Below are positions 1 to 9,673 of a stretch of 53,840 bases of DNA, one piece after another. Positions within the stretch are counted from its first letter, which is position 1, and the number at the start of each line of letters is the position of its first letter. Below the pieces are notes generated by a model, which searched no databases, was not told the origin of the DNA, and saw only the letters and a list, made by a program, of their open reading frames with translations. The translations under genes were made by a program, and so were the position numbers. Source of the DNA: a virus (lineage: Duplodnaviria > Caudoviricetes); IMG/VR virus record IMGVR_UViG_3300007511_000030, positions 1 through 53,840 of that record; one strand, written 5' to 3'.

Positions 1-102
1 TCCGTCCACGCGTTCATCCCCTTCTTTCTCACGAACGTCGGTAGTCTCGCAGTCAAGCGCTTGCACACCAGTATGAGTCTGTGCAAGTGCAAGCCAAAGT
101 AG
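1..102 (+). CDS. 3' end of a small hydrophobic protein (DUF6356-like), truncated by the window start
   Basis: Frame +1 reads SVHAFIPFFLTNVGSLAVKRLHTSM...PK* with TAG at 100-102. The HAFxPF...S..xKRLH pattern resembles the DUF6356 C-terminus as I recall it. Confidence 0.45.
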   Translation, partial: SVHAFIPFFLTNVGSLAVKRLHTSMSLCKCKPK

Positions 103-416
103 CCCTTCTCGCCCTCCCCTTCCTTTCTGGCTGTGCGGCCCTAAAAACCGCTGGCGTCTCTGGCGTGGCGGCTGGCGTCGGTGGCTTGGTTGGCGGCCCC
201 GGCGGAGCGGCGGTTGGGGCGGCCCTTGGGGCCGGAACCACAAGCCTGCTCACAACTGGCTTAGATGGAAGCCAGTGCGACGCGCCAATCACTGGCTTCT
301 GGCCACTGATGGGCCAAGTCATCGAAGCGGGCGGCTGGCTTTTGGCGGGCATCATTCTCATTCCCCTGATCTTGGGCTACCTCATACCCAACGGATTTGA
401 GCGTAAAAAGAAATAA
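81..416 (+). CDS. Lipoprotein with glycine zipper and C-terminal TM segment (possible lysis or membrane protein)
   Basis: Lipobox LSGC after a hydrophobic stretch, GxxxG repeats, C-terminal TM helix and a basic tail (RKKK). Confidence 0.65.
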   Translation: MQVQAKVALLALPFLSGCAALKTAGVSGVAAGVGGLVGGPGGAAVGAALGAGTTSLLTTGLDGSQCDAPITGFWPLMGQVIEAGGWLLAGIILIPLILGYLIPNGFERKKK

Positions 417-424
417 CGGTAACG

Positions 425-456
425 GGGACGAAAAAACCTAGCATTCCAGACAAAAT
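425..456 (+). promoter_or_regulatory. Putative late promoter, copy 1
   Basis: GGGACGA at 425-431, 19-nt spacer, CAAAAT at 451-456; upstream of 478. Confidence 0.75.
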
Positions 457-477
457 TACGGAGACACGGAGCGATGA

Positions 478-756
478 ATGAACCAGCAAGCAGCACTGAA
501 GGCGATCGAGTCGTTGGAGCGATCAAAGGGGTGGGTCTACGTAAAAGAAGTAATGGCCCAAGAAATCATGTCGGCGGCCAACCAAATCGCCGAACACAGA
601 AAGATGGAGATTGAAGAGATCAATTTCCGACGAGGAGCAATCTGGGCCGCACAGAGATTGCTCGATTTACCTGATCGACTGAAGCTCCGTCTGGAGAATG
701 AGGTCGCTCTAAATTCCGCTAAGGCCGAACCGGAGAAACCACATGGCACAGACTGA
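478..756 (+). CDS. Small head-module protein preceding the scaffold
   Basis: 92-aa helical ORF with GGAG RBS, overlapping the scaffold start. Confidence 0.7.
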   Translation: MNQQAALKAIESLERSKGWVYVKEVMAQEIMSAANQIAEHRKMEIEEINFRRGAIWAAQRLLDLPDRLKLRLENEVALNSAKAEPEKPHGTD

Positions 757-1774
757 GAGTAAAGAAGAACAGGTAGCTAACGTCGATCGTATGGCTGCTC
801 AAGCAATGGGGGTAGAACCCACCCCTGCAACCCCCTCAACCGCACCAGATCCCCTGGGCGCTACTGAGGACAAAGACCGCCCGACCGAGCAAGAAAAAGC
901 CGCAGAAAAAGGCGCCCCGGAAACCGAAGCCGACAAAATGAAGGCTGATCCGGTGACGTATGAAGTTGCTTTCGGCGATAAAGATAAGCGCAAACTTACC
1001 GACGCCCAGATCGCATCGACCTTTGGCCGATACCGCGACCTCAACTATAAGCACAGCCAGATGAAGCCGGTCTTCGATGTGGCAAATGTCCTTATGGAGA
1101 GATACGGCGGCGATGCAGCAGACGTAGCCAAGGCAATGATAGACGCCGCCAAGAAAGAAGAAGCTTCACAACGCGGCGAAGTCGGATCCGAAGGTAATCC
1201 AGAAATTAACGAGGACGTTGGAAACGACGCGCTCAAAGTCTGGGAAGAAGAGAACGCGGTCAAAGCACCCCCTGGCTACCGCGCCATTGCCCAAAACATG
1301 CAAGCCCTGCAAGAGATGCAGCTGCGGACCCAGCAGATGATGCAGCAGGTTGTTGCGGGAACCCAAGCCGTTGGAGACGCCGCCCAGCAAACAGTATCCG
1401 GCGCCGCGCAGCAGGCGGAGATGGCGTCTCGTCAGCAGATCGCCAACAATCTGGATCGCGCCCAGGCCAAAGTCGGCCTCCCAGACGAGGCGGGCCAGGA
1501 CTTTATGATGTTCGCAACAGAGATGGGATTCACCCCGGAAGACTTTGTGGATGCCGACCTGACAGTCCGCGTCGCAGAAGCATTCGCTAACTCGCTAAAG
1601 TCTGGCGAATACGACCGAATGAGATCAATAAACGAACGCCGCACCGCGTATACCGGAACAATGGGAGATTCCCCATCAACGTCCACAACGGCAGCGGAAC
1701 CAACAGACGAAATGGATGACACGCTCAACCGTCTGGCTCAGGCGACGCTCTCCCAACGAAATCAACCGCTCTAA
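743..1774 (+). CDS. Capsid scaffolding protein
   Basis: Acidic, Q/A-rich coiled-coil protein immediately upstream of the major capsid gene; GGAG RBS. Confidence 0.75.
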   Translation: MAQTESKEEQVANVDRMAAQAMGVEPTPATPSTAPDPLGATEDKDRPTEQEKAAEKGAPETEADKMKADPVTYEVAFGDKDKRKLTDAQIASTFGRYRDLNYKHSQMKPVFDVANVLMERYGGDAADVAKAMIDAAKKEEASQRGEVGSEGNPEINEDVGNDALKVWEEENAVKAPPGYRAIAQNMQALQEMQLRTQQMMQQVVAGTQAVGDAAQQTVSGAAQQAEMASRQQIANNLDRAQAKVGLPDEAGQDFMMFATEMGFTPEDFVDADLTVRVAEAFANSLKSGEYDRMRSINERRTAYTGTMGDSPSTSTTAAEPTDEMDDTLNRLAQATLSQRNQPL

Positions 1775-1776
1775 CG

Positions 1777-1841
1777 AATCGGCCCCGGTCCTACAACCTC
1801 ACCCCGCGCTCCCTCCTCCGTGGATGGATCGGGGTCGATTC
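1777..1841 (+). terminator. Long-stem hairpin after the scaffold gene
   Basis: GAATCGGCCCCGGTCC pairs with GGATCGGGGTCGATTC (16 bp, two G-U pairs) around a large loop; no strong U-tract. Confidence 0.45.
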
Positions 1842-1849
1842 ACTAACTA

Positions 1850-1881
1850 GGGACGAAAACTTTTTCATTAAGGTGTTAAAT
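1850..1881 (+). promoter_or_regulatory. Putative late promoter, copy 2 (major capsid gene)
   Basis: GGGACGA at 1850-1856, 19 nt, TTAAAT at 1876-1881. Confidence 0.8.
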
Positions 1882-1998
1882 CCACCTATCAGGCGCTACG
1901 GCTCCTGATTTGAAGCGTACCCCGAACCTGCGACGGACATTCCGCAGACGGCAAATCGCAAAAAACCGTTTAACCACTTTATATAGGAGACCATTACT

Positions 1999-3180
1999 AT
2001 GGCCGCTATTCAAGGTTTACGGGGCACAGGCGAATTTGGCGTCGACTTCCGCCCCAAAAACTACCGTGAGTTGTTCACGCTGCTGGAACCCAATGGTTCT
2101 GCGCCGCTGAACGCTCTTCTCGCCATGACTCAGGGTGAAGCAACAGATGACCCCGAGTTTAAGCATTTTCGAGATGAGATGCCTGAGCGAAAAATGAAAA
2201 TCAACAACAGCGGCGGGTACAACGCTACCGCAACCGCGCTGACCGTTGACTCGTCTGACACCACCAAGTTCGTCATTGACGGTGCAATCATCGTGAACGT
2301 GAACACGGGTGAGGTCATGCAGGCTTCTGCTGACGCAACCACCGCAACTGCGATCACCGTTGCTCGAAATATTGGGGGCACGACTCTCACTATCTCAGAC
2401 GACGATGATTTGATTGTTGCTGGCTTTGCAGCTCAGGAAGGGGCCACCAGCCCGACAGCCGTATCATTTGATGCGACGGCTGCGTCGAACTACACCCAGA
2501 TCTTCAGAACCGCTTTCAAGGTCACTGAAACTCTGCGTGCGACGTACCTGCGGACTGGTGACAAAGAAGACGAAGTAACCCAGAAAGGCCTCAAACTCCA
2601 CATGAGCGACATCGAACGCGCCATGTTCTGGGGTAAGAAGCACGAGGCCAGCGGTACTACCGCTCAACCCACCCGCTACACTGGCGGACTCCTCAACTCG
2701 ATGACGACCGTACTGGATGCGGACGCCTCGCCTTACGGCTCCGGCGGCATCACGGAAGATGAGTTTGACCAGGCGCTGATCGAAACCATTTTCGCATTTG
2801 GCTCCAAGCAGAAGATCGCCTTTTGTGGCGCTCGTGTCTGCTCGCTGATGCAGAAGATGGGTAAAGATCGGTGGCAGCCCACCGTTGTCGATGGTGCATA
2901 CGGCGTCTCCATGACCCGTTACGCTACCTTCGCAGGAGACCTGATGGTCCATCTCCACCCGCAGTTCCGGCAGATCCCCGGCATGGCAAACTCCATGGTC
3001 ATCGTTGATCTTCCGTGGGTCCGATATCGCTACCTCAAAGGCCGCGATACCCAGCTTCTGAAAGGCCGTCAGGCGCCGGATGAAGATGCGGTGAAACATG
3101 AGTACCTGACCGAATGCGGTCTGGAACTCATGCAGGACAAGGTCCACGCTCACATCAAAAACTGGACGGCTCTGGCCTAA
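1999..3180 (+). CDS. Major capsid protein (SU10/DUF5309-like)
   Basis: 393 aa after the scaffold, strong AGGAG RBS and a terminator downstream. Motifs NYTQIFR, DIERAMFWG and TECGLE fit this capsid family. Confidence 0.9.
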   Translation: MAAIQGLRGTGEFGVDFRPKNYRELFTLLEPNGSAPLNALLAMTQGEATDDPEFKHFRDEMPERKMKINNSGGYNATATALTVDSSDTTKFVIDGAIIVNVNTGEVMQASADATTATAITVARNIGGTTLTISDDDDLIVAGFAAQEGATSPTAVSFDATAASNYTQIFRTAFKVTETLRATYLRTGDKEDEVTQKGLKLHMSDIERAMFWGKKHEASGTTAQPTRYTGGLLNSMTTVLDADASPYGSGGITEDEFDQALIETIFAFGSKQKIAFCGARVCSLMQKMGKDRWQPTVVDGAYGVSMTRYATFAGDLMVHLHPQFRQIPGMANSMVIVDLPWVRYRYLKGRDTQLLKGRQAPDEDAVKHEYLTECGLELMQDKVHAHIKNWTALA

Positions 3181-3186
3181 GTTCTA

Positions 3187-3218
3187 GGGACGACCTTACC
3201 CAGTTTTTTGGGCTTAAT
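3187..3218 (+). promoter_or_regulatory. Putative late promoter, copy 3
   Basis: GGGACGA at 3187-3193, 19 nt, CTTAAT at 3213-3218. Confidence 0.75.
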
Positions 3219-3220
3219 AA

Positions 3221-3253
3221 GGGTCACGGCAATTTTGCCGTGGCCCTTTTTTT
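3221..3253 (+). terminator. Rho-independent terminator after the major capsid gene
   Basis: Stem GGGTCACGGCA / TGCCGTGGCCC followed by T7. Confidence 0.85.
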
Positions 3254-3266
3254 ATGAGGATTGAGC

Positions 3267-3497
3267 ATGACTGAAGAGAAGAAAGCAGCAAAAGAGACCC
3301 CCAAAGAACCATCTTTCATCGAATACGTATCCAAAGAACCGGAGCCTATGATGTTCGATGTCGCTTACCCAGGCGGGGGATGGATCTGCGAAGGCAAAAA
3401 AACCGATGGCCGTCTGACATGGAGAGTGAGATCCGATCAGACAAAGAACTTTGAGAAGCATCATTTCTTCCTGACCGGTCGAATACTTAAGGTATAG
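3267..3497 (+). CDS. Hypothetical protein
   Basis: ORF in the structural operon; ATG at 3267 follows GAGGA. Confidence 0.65.
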   Translation: MTEEKKAAKETPKEPSFIEYVSKEPEPMMFDVAYPGGGWICEGKKTDGRLTWRVRSDQTKNFEKHHFFLTGRILKV

Positions 3498-3500
3498 CAA

Positions 3501-4019
3501 ATGGTAGAAGACCGAATACTGAACCCCCAGATTCCCGGCACTTACAGCCCTCTGGAATCATTGGCTCACTCAGCTCTCAGACGATTCGGCGATTTCCACC
3601 CAGCAAGCTCAGACGGGGATGTCATCCTGATGTTCTTGGAGTTTGGCAATCAGACCATAGACGAAGTTCGTAATCACCCGTACTGGGATTCCACAGAGCT
3701 GGACTACTACAGGCATCCCCAGGACATACGGGAAATAAACGACAACATCATGATTCAAGGTCTTCTTATGCAGTACGCCATCCAGCAAGGAAGCGCCAAC
3801 ATCCAGGTTTACGCGCCGATGTATTACCAGGTTCTTAACAAAGAACTATGGGATCGTCTGAACCGCGTAGACACGGTAAATGGCGGCGGCGGAGGAAATA
3901 CCGCAATTCGGCTCAGACGGGTCGATGAATCCGGCCTAAGCACAACTAGGGCTGGCGCTAAAAAGACAAGTCCAATAACCGGGCTAGACCTAAAAACCAC
4001 GACTACCTCATCTAGCTAA
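3501..4019 (+). CDS. Putative head-tail adaptor
   Basis: 172-aa helical protein between capsid and nozzle genes; inferred from synteny. Confidence 0.55.
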   Translation: MVEDRILNPQIPGTYSPLESLAHSALRRFGDFHPASSDGDVILMFLEFGNQTIDEVRNHPYWDSTELDYYRHPQDIREINDNIMIQGLLMQYAIQQGSANIQVYAPMYYQVLNKELWDRLNRVDTVNGGGGGNTAIRLRRVDESGLSTTRAGAKKTSPITGLDLKTTTTSSS

Positions 4020-5521
4020 TGAGTACCGGCACGAAATCTCGTTCCGGTGTCGCGGTTAAGACATTCGCTTACGAGACATTCTCAGGACTCGACAGCTCAA
4101 GAGATGCCCGATCACAGGACACCGGAAAGAATCAATCCCTTATTCGTCTGGACAACGGGTATTGTGATTGGCGCGGCCAGATAACAAGAGATCCAGGCGC
4201 AGAACACCGCATTGGAGAATACCAAGTAAACCACGTTACTTTCTATGGCCCAAACAAATTAGCCTGGGCAGAGAAAACCGGCGGGGAAATAGCATTTAAC
4301 ACTGATGACAGCATCAGAATCGCAAAGTACCCAATCAACGCCCGTGTTTCCAGCACGGTATTCAATCGTAAGGTCCACTTTGGAGCAGCCGCCCTGCCCC
4401 CGTACAATTTTGACGGGGCAAAATGGGAGGCCACCAAGTCCCCAGCGCTTGCGAATCTAGCACCCGCATACTTCACCTCGATCCAGAGACGACTGGCCGT
4501 ATCGGGAATCCCTGGCAAGGAAACTGAAGTCCATCTATCCCGCGTCGATAACGAAGGGGTCTTCCCAGACGATGAAGCAGATGATGAAGTAAGCGCACTT
4601 CGCGCCGGGTATATAAACATCGCAAATATACTCGGCACCGCAGACCAGATCACGGGCATCTCCAGTTTCGAGCAAAACCGCCTGGCAATCTTCACCCAAG
4701 ACCGTACCTTCATCTACGCGATCGACCCCAGCATATCTAACTGGTATCTGGATGATCGGGCCAATATCAATATTGGAACCATCTCGCATAACAGTATTGC
4801 GCACGCGGGAACAGACCTGCTGTTCTGTTCCAGATCCGGCATCCACTCAATTAAGCGGTCAGAAGACAACGGAATCATGGTGTACAGCCAGTCCATGTCT
4901 GACCGGGTTGAGATCATTTACCGAGACCTAGTGTCTCAAGTTGAAAACGTCGAGGACATTTCTGCTGTATTCGACCAGGACGAGGGGCAGTACCACGTCT
5001 TCTTCCCCATCGCTGGCGGCCAGGACACAAAAAAACTGACATTAACCCTGAACCCCCAATCAGAAACTTCCATTAAATGGAGCACCGGCGACTTTGTGAA
5101 AGCCAGATGCGGCGCTTTTCTTGGGGGTCAATTTGCACTGGGAACCCCAGGCGGTTTGTACAACGTAAGGAAAGTAGAGGACATCACTGACATTGGCCCG
5201 GAGATGGTGGTCCAGACGCCCATTCTCTGGTGCGGGTCTTTAACCCAGACGAAAGACTGCTACAGCCTGTCTATTCAGGCCCAAGGAACTGGCAATTTAA
5301 CAGTCGAAGCAGTAGACGAAAACGGCCGAGATCTTGGCTCATTATTTTTCGATGTTGAGCCGTCTGGTGCGGACGACACATTTGTAGGTAGCGTGCCATT
5401 ATCCGCACAATATGAACGCAAATTCGATACCCGATTTCGAGGTATCCAGCTCAAATTCACGACCAAAGCCGCAGGGCTTTTCCGTCTGATTGGATTCGCT
5501 ATAAACATACGCGAGACTTAA
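4019..5521 (+). CDS. Putative tail nozzle / DNA stabilisation protein (P22 gp10 or T7 gp12 role)
   Basis: 500-aa beta-rich protein with N-terminal FSGLD; coupled to the adaptor by a TAATG overlap. Confidence 0.65.
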   Translation: MSTGTKSRSGVAVKTFAYETFSGLDSSRDARSQDTGKNQSLIRLDNGYCDWRGQITRDPGAEHRIGEYQVNHVTFYGPNKLAWAEKTGGEIAFNTDDSIRIAKYPINARVSSTVFNRKVHFGAAALPPYNFDGAKWEATKSPALANLAPAYFTSIQRRLAVSGIPGKETEVHLSRVDNEGVFPDDEADDEVSALRAGYINIANILGTADQITGISSFEQNRLAIFTQDRTFIYAIDPSISNWYLDDRANINIGTISHNSIAHAGTDLLFCSRSGIHSIKRSEDNGIMVYSQSMSDRVEIIYRDLVSQVENVEDISAVFDQDEGQYHVFFPIAGGQDTKKLTLTLNPQSETSIKWSTGDFVKARCGAFLGGQFALGTPGGLYNVRKVEDITDIGPEMVVQTPILWCGSLTQTKDCYSLSIQAQGTGNLTVEAVDENGRDLGSLFFDVEPSGADDTFVGSVPLSAQYERKFDTRFRGIQLKFTTKAAGLFRLIGFAINIRET

Positions 5522-5522
5522 T

Positions 5523-7343
5523 ATGGCACGACTTAGACAACAGTACCCTCAAAACTACGGTTCTACGGGAAATATCAACACCGAGTTTGAGAGTATCGTT
5601 CGATATCTCAACTCCGCAGAACTGGGTGATAAGACTGTCGCCGAGCTGCTCGACATTCTTTTTGATGAAGACGGGGTATTCGACGGCCCCATCGAGCTCC
5701 GCAAAGATTCTTCTGCGGGAATCCAGTACCGGGTTGGCACCTACACGAATTCGGAAACCGGCTGGATAACTATTGTCCCGCTGTCGGAAATCACGGGCGC
5801 AGCAGGGTCAGACGTCGGTGAAATCGGAGCGCCGATCTTCCATGGCCGCGCCGACTTCACAGCCACCGCTTCTCAGACGGATTTTGATTACGTCCACGAA
5901 TCGACCGATGAATTACTGGTCTATGTAAACGGTGTTCTAAAACGGTCAGGCTCGTCTTACGACTACACCACCAACGCAACTGGCGGAACCGGCAGCGCGG
6001 GAGTTGTTACCTTCAATACCGGCCTAACCGCCGGTAACGTGGTCACGATATTCAAGGTCCGCACCACAGCCATCACTGGCTACACCCGTACAGATGTTGT
6101 AACAACTGGATCACAGTCTGTATTCGCCTTTGTTCACGACGATGACACTCAATTAAACGTATACAAGAACGGAATACTCCAGAGATCTGGGGGATCTTAC
6201 GACTACACATCAAGCGCGACGTCAAACACAGTTACATTCAACACAGCAGTCTCATCCGGCAATACAGTCACCATCTTAACTGTCGAGAACGTATCTTCTC
6301 AGGTCGTGACCGGGCTAATGCTCCAGGCCAATTTCTGTGACACGACAACCGGCTTAATCGACTTCGGCAAAATTACGATTGACGCCAACGAAATTCCCCA
6401 GGGCAAGGTCGCCACGCTAACCACCGACCTCGGGGCCAAGGCAAAACTGACATCGAGCGCAACCACGCCCACCGCTCCGGCTACAGGGGAGTTATGGCAC
6501 GACACCTCGTCGTCCCCAAACAAGCTGAAGTTCTATGACGGAACCCAGTGGCTGACTACCAGCCCGGAATCTTCACTTCCAGTATTCGCCGCATCGAATG
6601 CGAATCACGCGCTCCATGTTAATGGTACGGGAACCGCGCTCGAATATAAATCAGTCGACTTAAGCAGCGTTGTCGCCGTCTCCACCAAAGGTGTTGCAAA
6701 CGGTGTTGCATCCCTCGACTCCAACGCACGCATCCCAGAAGCACAACTACCAACAACGCTCAGCTCTGAGTCCCTTCATGCGCACCCCAAAGGCACCACT
6801 TCGGTTGATCAGATAATCCTTGAAAATGGCGGAAGTCTTTACTCTTCCGCGCCCATCATCACCTTTACTGGTGGAAGTGGCACTGGCGCCGTCGCTACCT
6901 GCACCATCAATGGCGGTATTGTCGACACAATAACACTGACCGACGGGGGTGTCGGATACGATACTGCTCCCACAATCTCTTTCTCCGCTCCCCCAACGGG
7001 CGGAACAACCCCCATTGCCCGCGCGATCATGCTCCACAACCCAAACGCGGACAACATCGTCAAGGATGGAAGCTACAACATCAAGACGATCTTCAAGCAA
7101 AAGATCAATCTCGACGCCATCCACATCGCACTAACATCCGGCACTTGCGTAGTGCAACTTACCGTCGACGGCGCAACTGTTGGCACAACTTACTCCGCTT
7201 CTTCTGCTGGCATAACCAGCACTTTCGCGACCGCTATTCAGGTCGACTCAACCACCTCCGCAAAGAAGATCGGGTACGTGATTACTAGCGCCTCGAATCC
7301 AACAGATCTTGCCGTCACTGTTGCAACCAGCAGACTGAACTAA
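5523..7343 (+). CDS. Tail fibre / tail structural protein
   Basis: Two Ig-like repeats (VYVNGVL...DYT, VYKNGIL...DYT), GELWHDT...LKFYDGTQW, ANGVASLD, and GSLYSSAP / GVGYDTAP sheath-like repeats. Confidence 0.75.
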   Translation: MARLRQQYPQNYGSTGNINTEFESIVRYLNSAELGDKTVAELLDILFDEDGVFDGPIELRKDSSAGIQYRVGTYTNSETGWITIVPLSEITGAAGSDVGEIGAPIFHGRADFTATASQTDFDYVHESTDELLVYVNGVLKRSGSSYDYTTNATGGTGSAGVVTFNTGLTAGNVVTIFKVRTTAITGYTRTDVVTTGSQSVFAFVHDDDTQLNVYKNGILQRSGGSYDYTSSATSNTVTFNTAVSSGNTVTILTVENVSSQVVTGLMLQANFCDTTTGLIDFGKITIDANEIPQGKVATLTTDLGAKAKLTSSATTPTAPATGELWHDTSSSPNKLKFYDGTQWLTTSPESSLPVFAASNANHALHVNGTGTALEYKSVDLSSVVAVSTKGVANGVASLDSNARIPEAQLPTTLSSESLHAHPKGTTSVDQIILENGGSLYSSAPIITFTGGSGTGAVATCTINGGIVDTITLTDGGVGYDTAPTISFSAPPTGGTTPIARAIMLHNPNADNIVKDGSYNIKTIFKQKINLDAIHIALTSGTCVVQLTVDGATVGTTYSASSAGITSTFATAIQVDSTTSAKKIGYVITSASNPTDLAVTVATSRLN

Positions 7344-7345
7344 TT

Positions 7346-7825
7346 ATGGGAGAAGTAACACTCATTGATATGCACATCGAGCTGGCGTGCGGAGACGAAG
7401 AAGCAATCCAGTTTTGCCACATTCTTGGCCGCATGATGCGCCTCGCTGATGATCTTGTTGATGGAGATTCTGAAAACATGGGTTCAGACATGTCTGAACT
7501 GCTGTATCGAATGTTTGTAGATATGCAACTCAATCCGTTTTACCAGAAACACAGAGACGTTTTAACCGCATCGGCGGGCGTAGACATCCTTCTTTGGGAT
7601 GTCAGCAACGACTGGGCCAAAAGCTCAGTCCCCAAGGAGCAGGTATTTGGTTTTGTTTACCGGATGGCCGTAAACACCTTTATCACGGTGGGGATGATCT
7701 GCGGGGGGATGAGTCATGCCCGCAATATGATCAAGCGAATATTTGAATTTAACCAGTTCCGAGACAATGAAGAGCAACTTGAAGATTGGATTAAGGAACA
7801 CCACGAGATGAGAAAAGAGGCTTAG
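7346..7825 (+). CDS. Small helical protein with DDxxD motif (isoprenoid-synthase-like fold candidate)
   Basis: LADDLVDGD motif and NPFYQKH. The ORF is well supported; the function is inferred. Confidence 0.55.
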   Translation: MGEVTLIDMHIELACGDEEAIQFCHILGRMMRLADDLVDGDSENMGSDMSELLYRMFVDMQLNPFYQKHRDVLTASAGVDILLWDVSNDWAKSSVPKEQVFGFVYRMAVNTFITVGMICGGMSHARNMIKRIFEFNQFRDNEEQLEDWIKEHHEMRKEA

Positions 7826-7827
7826 TT

Positions 7828-9651
7828 ATGGGCTTATACGGCGGCGGCGGCGGATCGAAAGATCCATGGGCAGATCAAGCGAAAAAAGATCAGTGGATTC
7901 GCGATAACAGACAAGCGGCACTGAATGCACAATGGGCCATAGTGCATCCATGGGAAGTTCAGACGAACCGCTACAACAGGAACCTCGAACGCTTACAGGA
8001 CGAGGCTAAAAAGGCGCAGACAAAATTGTCTGGCCTTGACTACACGGCCTCCCTCGGAAACCTGACCGGTCTTAAATCCGCATCAGAGCAAAGACAGTCG
8101 GCACTATCTGGCCTCTCCCGACCGGAGGGATCTCGTCCTTCCGCACAGCGCACCGTACAAACCCCATGGGGCGGGCAGCACACATACGATTTCTCAAGCA
8201 TGTGGAACATCCACTCCCCCGCTGATGAATCGTATGCGTCGAACCTCAGCTCGCTTATTTCTGGGAATGTTCAGCGCGCAAACACACTGCACAGTGATCA
8301 CACCACAAAGAAATCAGCCTGGCAAGCCTTTAGAGATGAGCAAAATGATGACATCAGGGCTTTGCGGCGTGCCTATCGGGGCTACGATATTAGCGACGCG
8401 CTTAAGGGGGGCGGCGTCTACTCCTCTATTGATTTACTCGGAGATGAAAGATCTCAGACCGCTAGGTTCAAAGACAACAAATTCATGCCGTCTGACTGGA
8501 AGGGGAAGAAAACAAGCTCTTATGACTCTTTGCGTGGAAACTTCGACCAACTGATCGACGACAGAGTAACAGAAGAAGGACGAATCAAAAAATACGGTGA
8601 CGACCTAGACGACCTGTTGGGGGGATACGAGAAAGATGTTGGGGGATACAACATCTCTCATTTAGATGAACTCGAAGCAATGGAGGACAAACTCAGGACC
8701 GCAGAACGCGGCGCCAAGAGATTTAGTTCACTGCTGCCGTTCGACTTCTCAACCCAACAAGAGATGGGTCAGGATATTTCCGGCGACATTGCCCAGCTCT
8801 TGCAAGAAAGAGAAGAAGAGGAGCGCCGAATAGAAGACGCTCAGGATAGATTCCGCGATATCGCTGCTGGCTACAAGAGATCTGGGCGTTACCTCGATAC
8901 TCGAGATCTGCGATCAATACAAGATCTCGAAGATGAAGCCGACATCTTAAGAGAAGACATCGGCGGGTTTAAATCATTGCTGCCAACCGACTTCTCCAAA
9001 GCGCTCAGCACGCTCGGCGGCGTTGACGATGAGGTCGCATCACTCATTGCCAGGAGAAAATCCGAACTTGACGCGCTTATTTCCGATGCTGGAGCGTACG
9101 GCTCGAAAATTTCTGGAACACCTATATACGATGAAAGCGCGCTCGACGCTTTGATGCGTAAGATTGAAGACAACCGGCGCGACGCAGCAGAGTACACAGG
9201 CGGCCGCGCGGGAGACGCCACTGACGCATTTGACGACCAGCTCTCAGCCGTTGAAGCGCGCGTCCAAGATCTTATGAACAAGCGGCGCTCTCTTGAGTCG
9301 CGTGCCCGCAGTATGCTCGGCCAATCCAAACTTGGCTATTACAACACTGGCCAACTAGACGCGTCAGCAGATGCACTAGAACGTCTCCGTGGGGATATCG
9401 AACTCTACGGGGCTGACTCCGCCTACGATGAACTCGATCTAATTCTCGCTCAGATCGCAAAAGAGCGTGATCGTCTGGGCGCTGATGCCAGCGCCAAGTC
9501 TGCGGCTGAACAGGCTGCCGACTCAAGAATGCTGCCAAGATCTTTTGGCCTCGGTGGGCCAATGACAGCGGCTGAATACCAGGCGTTGATCAAAAAGAAA
9601 GAAGAAGACGACACACCAACAACCAGTAGCGCGTTTGGCACACTCGTTTAA
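7828..9651 (+). CDS. Putative internal virion / ejection protein
   Basis: MGLYGGGGG N-terminus, coiled-coil content, position after the tail genes. Confidence 0.6.
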   Translation: MGLYGGGGGSKDPWADQAKKDQWIRDNRQAALNAQWAIVHPWEVQTNRYNRNLERLQDEAKKAQTKLSGLDYTASLGNLTGLKSASEQRQSALSGLSRPEGSRPSAQRTVQTPWGGQHTYDFSSMWNIHSPADESYASNLSSLISGNVQRANTLHSDHTTKKSAWQAFRDEQNDDIRALRRAYRGYDISDALKGGGVYSSIDLLGDERSQTARFKDNKFMPSDWKGKKTSSYDSLRGNFDQLIDDRVTEEGRIKKYGDDLDDLLGGYEKDVGGYNISHLDELEAMEDKLRTAERGAKRFSSLLPFDFSTQQEMGQDISGDIAQLLQEREEEERRIEDAQDRFRDIAAGYKRSGRYLDTRDLRSIQDLEDEADILREDIGGFKSLLPTDFSKALSTLGGVDDEVASLIARRKSELDALISDAGAYGSKISGTPIYDESALDALMRKIEDNRRDAAEYTGGRAGDATDAFDDQLSAVEARVQDLMNKRRSLESRARSMLGQSKLGYYNTGQLDASADALERLRGDIELYGADSAYDELDLILAQIAKERDRLGADASAKSAAEQAADSRMLPRSFGLGGPMTAAEYQALIKKKEEDDTPTTSSAFGTLV

Positions 9652-9673
9652 ACCAGACCAAGGGAACTAAATC

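Noticed and set aside
81-416. Definite holin or spanin call
   Set aside because: A lipobox plus C-terminal TM is compatible with a unimolecular spanin, but no endolysin is visible and the glycine zipper fits other roles.
2464-3153. Long antisense ORFs (e.g. 2464-3153, 16187-16813, 31635-32225, 51502-52281)
   Set aside because: They are shadows of well-supported genes on the opposite strand, with no RBS or recognisable motifs.
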